Shown here piece by piece: positions 52,101 through 64,000 of a DNA stretch of 64,000 bases. Position numbers and translations under genes: made by a program. The notes under the pieces were generated by a model. The model did not search any database. It saw only the letters and a list, made by a program, of their open reading frames with translations, and was not told where the DNA came from. Position 1 is the stretch's first letter; the number at the start of each line of letters is the position of its first letter. This DNA is from Priapulus caudatus. Lineage: Eukaryota. The DNA is taken from contig NW_014577083.1 of assembly GCF_000485595.1 (NCBI RefSeq), positions 360,151 to 424,150 on the forward strand. Direction: 5' to 3'.

Positions 52101-52709
52101 CGCCGCTGGCGCCACTAGGCTACCGGCCTTGTTGACCCTACACTATACACATGTAATGATTACACTGCATGTCTGGGCACGTGACGTAACCCCTGGCAGG
52201 GAAGGCGGCTGCACGAAAGTGTGATAGATCAGCGCCGCATTCACACCGTGACTCTACGTCACATTTTCTACAAAAATCTCAACTTTTAATGGTCAGGTAG
52301 TCCTTATATTAGCTTCCTGCTACTTGTTTTAAGAATATAATAGCAAAGCCACCAGCTCTATGCATAGTTTAAGCTGTACACGTTATTGCGCGCAACATAA
52401 TATTTTTCTCAGATATCACAAACGCTACTCTGCGTGACTTCGCGTGGCGGGCTACTAAACAACGTTTTGAAGTATTACTTCACACTTAGGCCACCTTTTT
52501 TATTTTGTGGTTTACAAGACTTTTTGCCTTGATTGTTGTTGACCTACCGTCAATAGAGTAAAAAAAAATTGTTTGTCGAGATCAAGACAAGTCAAGAATA
52601 CAAGTGATACTGTAGTATCACATGATATAAAGTAATTTTAAAGAAAACTAAAATGACAAAACAAACTCAACTTGTAATTATTTTTAGCTTTTATTATAAA
52701 CTATTTCAG

Positions 52710-53039
52710 TTACCTCGCCAAGGGGCTGGCGGGGTTATGTTTTCAGCCGGCGAGTTTTGAATGTGTGGTTTGGTGTGTTTGTGTGTTACCATGCACGTTT
52801 CCAGTTCAACTTCACGCTAGTGCGCTGGCTGTAGACTTACAAAACACGACAGCCTGGTGACAGGCTAAGGGCCACCACAGTCCTCCCCACCTGCGTGCTC
52901 GCACAATATCCGGATCCAATAATTATTTAATTACATTAAATTAATTAATTAACACTTGTTTCCACTTAATTTAATTAATTCATTCATTAAAAATTTCACA
53001 ATGGAGAGAATTCAGCTGCCTTGGCTTCAGTGCTCTAGT
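52710..53039 (+). mobile_element. Helentron-associated element (family D)
   Basis: Starts TTACCTC(C)GCCAAGG, followed by a GT-rich microsatellite-like tract. Ends CCTTGGC..CTCTAGTT. The same start is truncated at 42452-42466. Confidence 0.6.
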
Positions 53040-53206
53040 TTATGAAATGTTTTTGTTTTTTACATTTAAATTTGTTTATTCATATTATATATATATATAT
53101 ATCATATAATATATTATATATATATATAATATATATTATCACTATATATATATGATATATGATATATATGATTATATGATATATATGATAATAATATATA
53201 CTTATA

Positions 53207-53249
<43 letters not shown>

Positions 53250-53749
53250 TATATATATTATATATTATATTATATATTTCTTAGAGAAAAGGTCGCGGGC
53301 AATAAAAACATACAGATTTTCACATTTTTTATTTTTTTTCGTTTTTCTTGTAAATTCGGGTCGGCGGATCTGTAAACCAACAAAATAAAAAATTCTCGCC
53401 TTAAGCCTTTTCGTAGAATACTATAACTTTGATCTGAGTTATACCTGGTGAAGTAGGTACCTAATACCCTTGATCACTCCATACATCATTTGCACTGCTA
53501 CTTCTCTTCAAGTGAGCAACATCCTCCTAAGTAGGTGACTCGTGTGACACTATTCTGTGACTCGCGTGACATAGTAGCTCATAGCGTTAACAAATGTTAG
53601 GGTGCAACCAGAATGTTAGGATCCATGAAGAAAATGTTCATACTTAGTTACTTACTACCATGTTTAATTGTGAAAACAGGGAAAATATTGTAAGTTTCAG
53701 CTTTGTATGGGAAGAATGGTGCATTCACTGTGCATGGGTTGCCAACGAT

Positions 53750-54660
53750 TCTATGACTACTACCCCTTGACAATTACACCCCTAGGACAACTACCCCCCT
53801 AGGACAATTACCCCCTAGAAGAATTATGCAGATGGTAGTAGTCCTCCTAGCAGTAACAGTATGGTGATGGGTAACGGTCCTGAGAGGGTAATCATGAAGT
53901 TGGTAAAAGTTCGATGTGTGGTGGTCTAAGATGGGCCATCATTACTGTGTCCTAGGGGGTAGCCATCTGTGTGGTAGTTGTCTGGGTGGTAGTTGTCCTG
54001 GGGGCGAGGGTAATTGTCCGGGTGGCAATTGTCTGGGTGGTAGTTGTCCTAGGGGGATAATTATCCTAGGGGGTAGTTGTCCAGGTGGTGGTTGTCTTAG
54101 AGGGGGTAATTTTCCGGGTGGTAGCTGACCGGGGGGTAGTTGCAGTCTGCACGAAAAACTTCCACTCTCATTGGCCCAGTGGGCCTGTGAAATGTATAAT
54201 TCACTGGCCCACACTAGGTTTTACAGGCCCGAATCAATGATCATCATAATATGAAAAGAGAAACAGAACTCTTTGGTGAATTCTTAGAAATTTATTCTTT
54301 CATGAAATTGAACAAAAAATTATCCACTTCCCTCTCCCCCATCTCATTGTCACTGCCATCACGCAGTTTTCACGCTCATTCATAATATGATGCCGTGTAA
54401 ATATGATCGGTAAATATCGGTAAATTTTCATACAAAATATGGGGAATTTCGGTAAATGCTAAGACTGATCATCACATAAAGGAGCTGAAATATCATTAAT
54501 AGACCATTTACTCAATTTTTTCCCACTGGCCCATCGGGCTTGTTCATTTACCAGTTTTATTGGCCCCACAGAAAATATACTGGCCTCGGATACCGGGGCA
54601 GTGGTTAATTTCGCAGACTGTAGTTGTCCAGGGGGTAGTTGTCCAGATACGTTTGCCAAC
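53750..54660. mobile_element. MITE built of inverted GGACAAYTACCCCC motifs, interrupted by an insertion
   Basis: GACAATTACCCCC-type repeats at 53755-53820 and their reverse complements at 53950-54142 and 54621-54646. Confidence 0.6.
54143..54620. mobile_element. hAT-like non-autonomous element with 6-bp TSD
   Basis: Ends CAGTCTGC / GCAGACTG. TAGTTG duplicated at 54137-54142 and 54621-54626. Excision restores the host motif GGTAGTTGTCC. Subterminal GGCCCA repeats. Confidence 0.8.
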
Positions 54661-54906
54661 ATGTATTGTGTGCTACGACAACAACAACCATTTCGAAGCG
54701 TTCGTACTTTTAATATTTTACACGCTTTTTAAAAAATAGTAGTTTTTAGTGTATCCTTTTAAATGTGCTTAGGCCTAATGGTGATCACCTAACAGTGTGG
54801 CAATTTGGGGCATCCTAAACCAATAAACGGCGGAACGCATGGAAAACAGACAGACAGACAGAGTTCGTTTTTGTAGTAGTACAGATAGAATTATTTATTC
54901 ATATAT

Positions 54907-55358
54907 NNNNNNNNNNNNNNNNNNNNNNNNNNNNNNNNNNNNNNNNNNNNNNNNNNNNNNNNNNNNNNNNNNNNNNNNNNNNNNNNNNNNNNNNNNNNNN
55001 NNNNNNNNNNNNNNNNNNNNNNNNNNNNNNNNNNNNNNNNNNNNNNNNNNNNNNNNNNNNNNNNNNNNNNNNNNNNNNNNNNNNNNNNNNNNNNNNNNNN
55101 NNNNNNNNNNNNNNNNNNNNNNNNNNNNNNNNNNNNNNNNNNNNNNNNNNNNNNNNNNNNNNNNNNNNNNNNNNNNNNNNNNNNNNNNNNNNNNNNNNNN
55201 NNNNNNNNNNNNNNNNNNNNNNNNNNNNNNNNNNNNNNNNNNNNNNNNNNNNNNNNNNNNNNNNNNNNNNNNNNNNNNNNNNNNNNNNNNNNNNNNNNNN
55301 NNNNNNNNNNNNNNNNNNNNNNNNNNNNNNNNNNNNNNNNNNNNNNNNNNNNNNNNNN
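54907..55358. other. Assembly gap (other gaps: 14941-14950, 28237-28246, 36328-36352, 46103-46127)
   Basis: Runs of N. Confidence 1.
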
Positions 55359-56244
55359 TATATAATATGTGTGTGTGCGTGCGTGTGTGGATACTAAATG
55401 ATGAGGATATTAGTAGATATTAAATGTGATAGCAGTTCTATGCACGTTAGCATAGTACTTATAAACGATTAAAATAAAAGATATTGCATCCAAATAGACA
55501 ATATGTTCGCCATCCATATATATATACTGCATTAGAAGCAAGAAGAAGAAAGAACCAAGTCCGAAACTGTGTTTACTCCCGGATCTGATATCGTGCTATA
55601 TTGACGGGTTTAGTTTATTAATTTATGTATTTAGTTTAGTTTATTAATCTATGTAGCGTGTTTAATTAGTGTACAATAAGTGAGTCTGACAATGCCCCAA
55701 ATATCACTGTCAAAATCCATACTCTCAGTGTGTATAAAATGTATGTTATATCTTAGAATACAAGTGTACTTGCTAATAACATTCGGCACTAATAGCTCAT
55801 GTTATGTTGCCATGGAGACTATACTGCCATTCGTTTAGACAGGTTAACATCGGGCAAAAAATCATACTATTTTGCAACTTGTCCATTTAAAAACTAAATG
55901 TTTTAGTAGATTTAGTCAGCTGTCTAAGGTGAGGTAGGCATCAGTCACATGCATGAGATGATAGGTTTTAGCAAATAGAAGCTTTTGAAATAAGCAAAAT
56001 TTCTTGATGTAGGAATGGCACATTGTTATTAGTAATATATTCTTTGTATGTACCTACATAGCAAATAGTAGTATTTGTGGTTAGATAAACTAACAGAATA
56101 TGATTTAAATAATTTTATAGTATTGTCAATTGTGATAAATGGGCGAGGATTCCATATGGTGCTCCTAAATCAATTTCACATACAACTGGTTTATGGCATA
56201 GTGTCATGCACAAAAAAACATTATAAACATAAACATGATAATAT

Positions 56245-56512
56245 AAGGGTGCAAAATTAACGCGAGTCCAGAGTCAAATACTCCCCGATTTTACTGTCGG
56301 ACTCCCTGATTTGACATATATGCAGGAAATTCTGATATACTATTAACTTAGTTCGTTCAAGAGCACGGCCTCACGGAATTACCGTATTTTTTCAGCAAAT
56401 CTTTAATTTTGAACTTCAGACTACGGATGCCCTCATTTTGCTGTGGCCTCCGTCTTTTTGAGGGCAGGGAGTCCATTTGACTCCCTTGTTCAAAAGTTAA
56501 TTTCTACCCCTG
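56245..56512. mobile_element. Degenerate hAT-like MITE
   Basis: AAGGGTGCAAAATTAAC / GTTAATTTCTACCCCTG ends; flanks TAATAT / TAATAC. Confidence 0.5.
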
Positions 56513-57907
56513 TAATACATAGCACATGTATGTATTTAATCCATGAGAAATGTGAAGGCATGACCTATATAATAAGTGTTAGCAGTTCCAGAAATTCAAT
56601 ATGCTACGTAGATTGCTATTAGAGCAATATTGAAAGTAAATTAAAAGCAAGGTGGGCAAACATTGTAGCAACGTTTTTAAATTCGTTAGTTATGAGCAAA
56701 ATATTTTACAGAGTTGTACTAACTTCTGCTGATGTCAAATTAGTGAGTCTAACAGTAAAACACAGAGTATTTGAGTGAGGACATTCACTATAATTTTGAC
56801 ACCTACTTATATCAATATATACATACAACACATTATAACGTACCAGAAAAGGTGGTGAGAATGTTTCAGTCAATCTCCTACATGTAAGTTGTTTGGAAGT
56901 TGAGTAATGATGGAGTTCTTCTAAGTGATGTACACAAACACGTACATGACCATCGTTATGTACGGTGGCCTGTAAAATTATACAAAGCACTATTATTTAT
57001 AAAACCTATGTGAAGAACAAAACACCAAAATGACATAAAACTGTGAAGATAACAGTGTATAAACATTGCAATGCACAGCTTCACAATGAACACAGACCTC
57101 CCTGTGTGCATTAAACAGATACCTTAAAATTATGAATCAAAAAATAAATATATGTAGACTTCAGTTGAAGCATTAGTGTTAGACCCGAACTTAGGTCTCA
57201 CCTGTTAGCGGACATATTACCGATTGCTCCAGCATAAAAATTATCGAGTTTGTGCTGTTATAGGCTATAATACAGCAAATGAATGTCAACAATGCATAAC
57301 CGAGACTTGCAAAAAATGATTCATGAAAATCCTGAGCATTACAAAACAACTGCGCGTTTGTGTGAGGAAAATTGTTATAGACTGGTACGCTATGTTGATA
57401 TGTAGCCAAAGGTAAAATAGTGTAGAGACGGGGTTCCAATCAATGCCACCTTATGAGATACAAGAATAACATGCTATTGTGTTGAACATAATTTGATCAC
57501 TCTAGAGGACAAGAACTGCTGCTGGAATTTAACGCAGCAATGCATATTTTCGGATGGTAAAAGATTATGTAAAAAACACTTTTCACTTATTATCTCTGTA
57601 TTTTATTTTATTTCAGCGCAGAATGTGAACCTATGACCATTAAATACCTGCTACACACCTTGGATGAATGATAGCTTGTGACCCACAAATGCGTTTTTGC
57701 ATACATGTGCTAAATTAATCCAGAAATTAAATCTGGCGAACCTAAATTAATCCTTTCCAAGGAAGTATCCGGGGTATTAACCACATTTTCTAATCTTTTA
57801 ACCAAGAAAGCCCAAATCCTCAATGGAAATTCAAATATAGTTATACTTTTAAAAGTATGTACGGGATGTAAACTTTTAGTGAAAACATTGGCTTTCATCA
57901 CTTAGGC

Positions 57908-58684
57908 TCATAGGGGCTATGCCCCCCACGGTACTGCCGGAACGTACTCTGGTAACTATCTGATATGGTTAGGGTTAGGGTTAGGGATTAGGCATAGGCG
58001 ACTCCCTAGACTCGTTAGTGGAGTAGGCGAGGTACGGTCCGGCATATTAGATAGTACCAGCAGAGCATATAAAACACATTGATTTATATGCTCTGGTACC
58101 AGGGTAGATTCCGGTATACCGGACCGTACCCTGGTACCAAAGCATATAAATCAACGTGACTTATATGCTCTGCTGGTACTATCTAATATGCCGGACCGTA
58201 CCTCGCCTACTCCACTAACGAGTCTAGGGAGTCGCCTACGCCTACTCCCTAACCCTAACCATAACCCTAACCATATCAGATAGTTACCAGGGTACGTTCC
58301 GGTATACCGGACCGTGCCCAGGGTACGTTCCAGCAGTACACTGTACAGTACCCTAGGGGACATAGTCACATGATAGTGTTAGACCCTATGACTATGAGCA
58401 TTACTATTCCTGAGAGGGTCTATGTCCCCCGGGGTACTGCCGGAACGTACCCTGGGTACAGTCCGGTATACCGGAACGTAGCCTAGCTGGTACTATCTAA
58501 TATGCCGAACCGTACCTCGCCTACTCCACTAACGAGTCTAGGGAGTCGCCTACGCCTACTCCCTAAGCCAAACCCGAACCCTAATCCTAACCCTAACCAA
58601 AAGTGACCAGGGTACGTTCCGGTATACCGGACCGTAACCAGGGTACGTTCCGGCAGTACCCTGGGGGACATAGACCCTATGAGT
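57908..58684. mobile_element. Two adjacent copies of a MITE with GGGTCTATGTCCCCC TIRs and internal (TAACCC)n; the first is rearranged into a palindrome
   Basis: The copy at about 58415-58678 has long TIRs (AGGGTCTATGTCCCCC.GGGTACTGCCGGAACGTACCCTGG). 57908-58390 contains the body twice, head to head. Confidence 0.75.
58061..58095. mobile_element. 35-bp TIR-only element with perfect 7-bp TSD
   Basis: GTACCAG|CAGAGCATATAAA-acacattga-TTTATATGCTCTG|GTACCAG. Inverted copy at 58138-58172. Empty paralogous site (single CTGGTAC) at 58487-58493. Confidence 0.85.
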
Positions 58685-59192
58685 ATGAGTATGAGTATGA
58701 GCACCACTATTACTATTACTATTAGTATTAGTACTATTACCTTGTAGTTGTACTCTGAAAAATTTTCCAGGCGCCACGGTAATGATATAAAGATAGATAC
58801 GATGCCACAGCACTGAAATAACCGCCTTCTTGTTTAGCAAGGTACTAGTAGTAGTAGTAGTAGTAGGAGTAATATCATTTGCATGCGCTGTACACGCTCA
58901 ACATTTCAACATTGCCCGACATTTGCAATATACCGTTATGCGTCACGAAGCGTGTATAAAACAATACGCATCATGATTATAGTTTCTTACTTATATCGCT
59001 CGACCCTGAACACTATCAATAAATACTGCCGCGCACACACGAGTAAGATCACTGTTCGAGATTAATTGAACTCACATAATAGTTTGTTTACGCCATAGAA
59101 ATATTACTAGGTCTAGTTAGACCAAAAAGATGAGCAAGCGACGACAGCGCCCTCCATTGCTGGAAAGAAATGTAAACACAGCATGGCAGTAC

Positions 59193-59334
59193 CACAGACT
59201 AACGGATACGTATCCGCATCACTGATCTCTATAATATTATATTATAGAGATCAGTGATCCGCATAGATATATATATACAACACATATCCGCATAGATATG
59301 TGTTGTATATATCTATGGTATCCGTTAGTCTGTG
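59193..59334. mobile_element. Three nested TIR-only elements (34, ~56 and 37 bp)
   Basis: Outer CACAGACTAACGGATAC/GTATCCGTTAGTCTGTG, TSD GCAGTAC/GTAGTAC. Middle CATAGATATATA../..TATATATCTATG, TSD GTATCCG. Inner 59220-59256 CACTGATCTCTATAAT../..ATTATAGAGATCAGTG, TSD ATCCGCAT. Confidence 0.85.
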
Positions 59335-59729
59335 GTAGTACCACTCATGATCATGATATATCGTGAAAAATATTCTGATGATGAATGAAATGAATAAAAT
59401 GACTTTTATGAACACAAAAACGATGTAAATAATAGTAAGTAAAACAAAGTATAGTGTATATTACGAGAAAAGATTATTTAATCAGTCACAAAAAATGACA
59501 ATGAGCTAGGTTGATATATATATTGACAGCAAAGAGGAACTGGACGATATATATTGCATAATGAGCTCATTCGTATACTGTGCCATGTCATTGCTTATGG
59601 AAATATTATTAATAAATACTAATAGTATTAACTCTACGAAACGGCAATACACTGAAAGAAAGTATATTGACAGTTAATTAGGTCTAACGGTGCAGCCCCT
59701 TCGCTCCCATTACAGGAACCTGTACTGTG

Positions 59730-59880
<151 letters not shown>

Positions 59881-60904
59881 AAACTGTGTGTACTGATAGA
59901 ATGTACGTGTACATGTATTATTATACAGTCATTGTTATAATTACAATAATTATTATTATTATTACATATGTATAATATATGTATATATATATATATAATA
60001 TAATATAGAGTGAATTTCTATGGTGATACTACTTTCTCTGTGGGTGTACTCTTATCTTTCTGAGTTTGTGACAGCGATTTGCGTTCAATGAGCTTTTGTG
60101 TTGTAGAGGGGCATTTAAACGGCATTAACGTGGAATTATGAGTTGATAGAGATTACATGAGCATTAACACTTTGGTACCAACCAAAATTTATGTTAATCA
60201 TAATTTAACCGAATTAAAAATAATTTATCCGCAGTAATATTCTTATAATAAATTATTTTTACCCCCCATGGAACGATGGTTATTAGTAACCTCGTTTCCC
60301 ACTAGAGAGCAGCACCTCTCTTACCAACTGTTCGGCTCATAGAGCCCACAATCTATATCAGAGAGTATAAAGTCGCAGTTTTCCTTATACTGTCTGGCTA
60401 TATCACAGCTCTAGGCTGCGGTCGTTGTCGGTGGGTGCATAGAGAATCGCCCTTTGAGCAATTCTGTATGGTCAGTGGTATGGCGGCGCGTGGTGTCGGG
60501 AATACGGCGGTGCGCGGTGTCAGCTTCCTTCGCCGGTATCTCCGTGTTTCGGTCCAAGCGCGCCTTGGGCGATTATCTATGCTTGAATTGAACCCCAAGA
60601 AAAAGGTGCAGACAGTACGTATATATAATACGATAAATAAAGACAAATTAATACCACATACAAACGTTTAACTGTCATGTAATTGTAGGACGCGCGCATG
60701 CTGAGTGGTAATTTGCTATCGTCAAATTGGCTGTCGTGGTAATCTGCTGTCGTGGTATTTTGCTAACGTCTGTAAGAGATGCAGTCCCTGAGCGCATCTG
60801 CGCGTAAACCTATACTCCATGTCTAGATGAAGCAAGATTTGTTGTTTTAACAGATGTGCTGGCAGGCAGGCACGCGGACAGACAGATAGACCGACAAAAA
60901 GGTA

Positions 60905-61086
60905 CGCACACGCACACACACGCGCAGGCACACGCACACACACGCGCGCGTGTACGCACAGGCACACGCACACGCACAAGCACACGCACACGCACACGCA
61001 CACGCACACACAAACACGCACACACACGCACACACACACACGTGCACACACGCATACACACACGCCACACACACATGCGCGCGCAC

Positions 61087-61131
<45 letters not shown>

Positions 61132-61135
61132 CACC

Positions 61136-61184
<49 letters not shown>

Positions 61185-61290
61185 ACACACACACACGCCA
61201 CACGCACACAAACACACACGCACACACACGCACACACACACACGTGCACCTACGCATACACACACGCCACACACACATGCGCGCGCCGCG

Positions 61291-61354
<64 letters not shown>

Positions 61355-61425
61355 TACACATTACATGCACACACATGCGTACCCGCACACACACACCAAC
61401 ACCACACACACACACACACACACAC

Positions 61426-61460
<35 letters not shown>

Positions 61461-61496
61461 CACACACACACACACACACACCAACCAACACACACA

Positions 61497-61544
<48 letters not shown>

Positions 61545-61551
61545 CACACAC
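60905..61551. repeat. Compound (CA)n/(CG) microsatellite with an internal higher-order duplication
   Basis: Directly visible. The block CACGTGCAC..CGCATACACACACGCCACACACACATGCGCGCG occurs twice (about 61040 and 61242). Confidence 0.95.
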
Positions 61552-62149
61552 ATAAAGAGTCCATAATAGAACATTATTCTTAGATGGATTTCTATTGGAC
61601 TATATTATGGACTTTTATGGACTCTTGATAATACATAGACATACTGACCAGCTGTGTGTAAGCAAAACACACAAGTTGCGATGTTATTTTACTCCTATTT
61701 TACAAAAAAATAACTCTCTGTAGGCCTACTGCCATGTCAAAATACCGATAGGTTCAGCTGCCATTGCAATCACGTGAATTGAGCGGAACAGAACAGAGGC
61801 GCGTATATTTATGTAAATATATAATTACAAAAGCTGTTTTCATTCAATAGTTGCAACAATCTACTGGGTTTACCTGGGTAAATCTATAGTACCATAAATT
61901 ATCACACATGCGTGCATTATTTTTTATCTATGCTTATAAACTTCAGAAACATGTGCACTCCCATATTTTGCTGAGGAATCCTCGTTTAGAGGGGTAAGCA
62001 GTATTATGGATCAAATTAAATGCATCATTCTTGACTAGAGTCCATTTCTACCTCTGTTGTCTTGTAGAGTGAACTCAGCTAGATTGTAATTTGTCGCAGT
62101 CTGTCGAAGTAGGACCGCTATGCTCGCGTCATCTACTCATAATGCCGGT

Positions 62150-62164
62150 CTTCTTCTCTCTCTC

Positions 62165-62206
<42 letters not shown>

Positions 62207-62207
62207 T

Positions 62208-62245
<38 letters not shown>

Positions 62246-62250
62246 CTCTG
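62150..62250. repeat. (CT)n microsatellite
   Basis: Directly visible. A similar CT-rich tract lies at 1-112. Confidence 0.95.
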
Positions 62251-62349
62251 GCGCTTTTCCGTCAGTGTATGTTTCAAATGGTGCGTCATTGTACTTGTTG
62301 GTGAGCAACAATTTTATCTGCACGCAGCTTTAGAAGATGCATCAGTTTC

Positions 62350-63505
62350 CTAACAACCACCACCACACCACAACCACGACCTCCACCACCACCACCCGAA
62401 CAACAACACACACAAACAACAGCCACCACCAACGAACCACCAACACCTCACACACCACCAACACACCACCATCACCACATACATAGCGCAACGCTATTTT
62501 CGAATGAAAGTGGTAGAGACCGCGCGGCGAACGCAGTCGCGCGCGAAGCCGCTAGGGGCGTCTGGGGGATGCCCAGGAAAATTTTCAAAAATGGTGCTAA
62601 TGGTTGCTTCTCCTGCATTCTGGGAGTATTGGACTGGCCCAATAGAATTTACATTTAGAGATCACCTTACATACCGATTTATTAGAGAATAAAATAAAAA
62701 TAAGAAAAAAATAAAAAGTTTTTTTGCAAAATATTTTGCAATGCGGTAGAATAGTAATCATTAAAAGCGTAGGCGGTCAAGAAAGTCTCTCAAAAACGTA
62801 GTCTACCGGCGTAAAGCCGCCACAACACCACCACCATTACCACCAACCGCCACCCACGAACCAACACCACACACCACCACACCACCACAACACCAACCAC
62901 CACACCACCAACAACGAACACCACCACCTAACAACACCACCAACACCAACACCACCACCAACACACCACACCACCCACCCACGCAACAACAACAACACAA
63001 ACAACAACAACAAACAACAATCAACAACAACACCACACACCACCACCATACACCAACACCACCAACACCACCACCACCACGCACCACGACACCACCACCA
63101 AACCACCACCACCAGGGGGCCACCCCATCCACCACCACACCAACCCACCATAAACAACACACCACCACCACCACCCACCACGCACCACCACACTCAAACA
63201 CACAACAAACACGCACCCACCTCAACACCAACACCTACCCACCACCACCACACCAACAACAAACAACAACAACAACAACACAACAACAACAACGACCACC
63301 CACACAACACCACACCCAAGCACCACCACCACACACCCCACACCACCAACACCCAGTCACCACACCACCAACAACAACAAACAACAACAACAACAACAAC
63401 AAACACACAATAACAACAACAACAAAAACAAACAACAACACCACCACCACCACCACCACCATCACCACTACTACCACCACCACCACCAACACCAACACCA
63501 ACACC
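62350..63505. repeat. Degenerate (CAC/CAA)n low-complexity tract interrupted by a ~340-bp insertion (about 62482-62818)
   Basis: Directly visible. The interruption has a MITE-like GGGGCGTCTGGGGGATGCCCAGGAAAATTTT motif. Confidence 0.85.
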
Positions 63506-64000
63506 GATGGTGACAGCAGTGCTAATGGTGACAGCAGTATCAGCAAACGCAACTGCAGAGTCAACACCTCTGGAAGAACACTAGCTGTTGCTTGTTGTTT
63601 TTTCTATTGCATGTATGTATGCGTGACCCATCCATTTACGAACAATTAATGTGTGCCGTTGCAATTAAATGATGAGCTACCTGTGGTGACCAACACTTGT
63701 TTTTACCTGTGTTAATTGCACGAACAGCACCTTGCTGAATGACTGCTATAATCAATGTCCATCACTATCATGCTTTTGTTCACATATCCACTGCCATACA
63801 TATGTATACGGAATGCCCCCGCACTATTTTACATTTGTTGGTCTCTATTAGTAATAGCGCAAATGATGACGCGAATACTATTTAGTAATTGTTACGTTAT
63901 CGTTTTTTTGGTGACCATTGTGTACAAGGGTTCTATGTGTACAAATGTTATAGACAGTTTATGAGACACGTCGGGAGGTGCCCGACTGTGTGTAGGCACG

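Noticed and set aside
54839..55423. 194-aa ORF
   Set aside because: It is an artefact of translating through an N gap.

Overview
This is eukaryotic, repeat-dense, gap-containing DNA. The repeat families suggest an invertebrate, probably a lophotrochozoan (inference). The one clear host gene is a minus-strand nuclear receptor of the estrogen-related receptor class (ERR/NR3B). Four coding exons can be reconstructed with matching phase-1 splice sites: 11550-12087 (A/B domain, with a PDSM motif), 2270-2428 (zinc finger 1, P-box CEACKA), 1669-1785 (zinc finger 2) and 1068-1193 (C-terminal extension/hinge). No ligand-binding domain is recognisable in the window, and the DNA-binding domain carries several substitutions at normally conserved ERR positions. 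At 36.8-38.9 kb lies a spliced, truncated THAP + DDE (probably Kolobok-type) transposase gene. Two of its phase-0 exons are flipped to the opposite strand between perfect 71-bp inverted repeats, and the frame is preserved in either orientation. The rest is Helentron-associated elements, MITEs of several superfamilies, ultra-short TIR-only insertions (one nested three deep), a tRNA-derived SINE and microsatellites. Much of 18-53 kb consists of indel-rich duplicate copies next to N gaps, most likely assembly or gap-filling redundancy.
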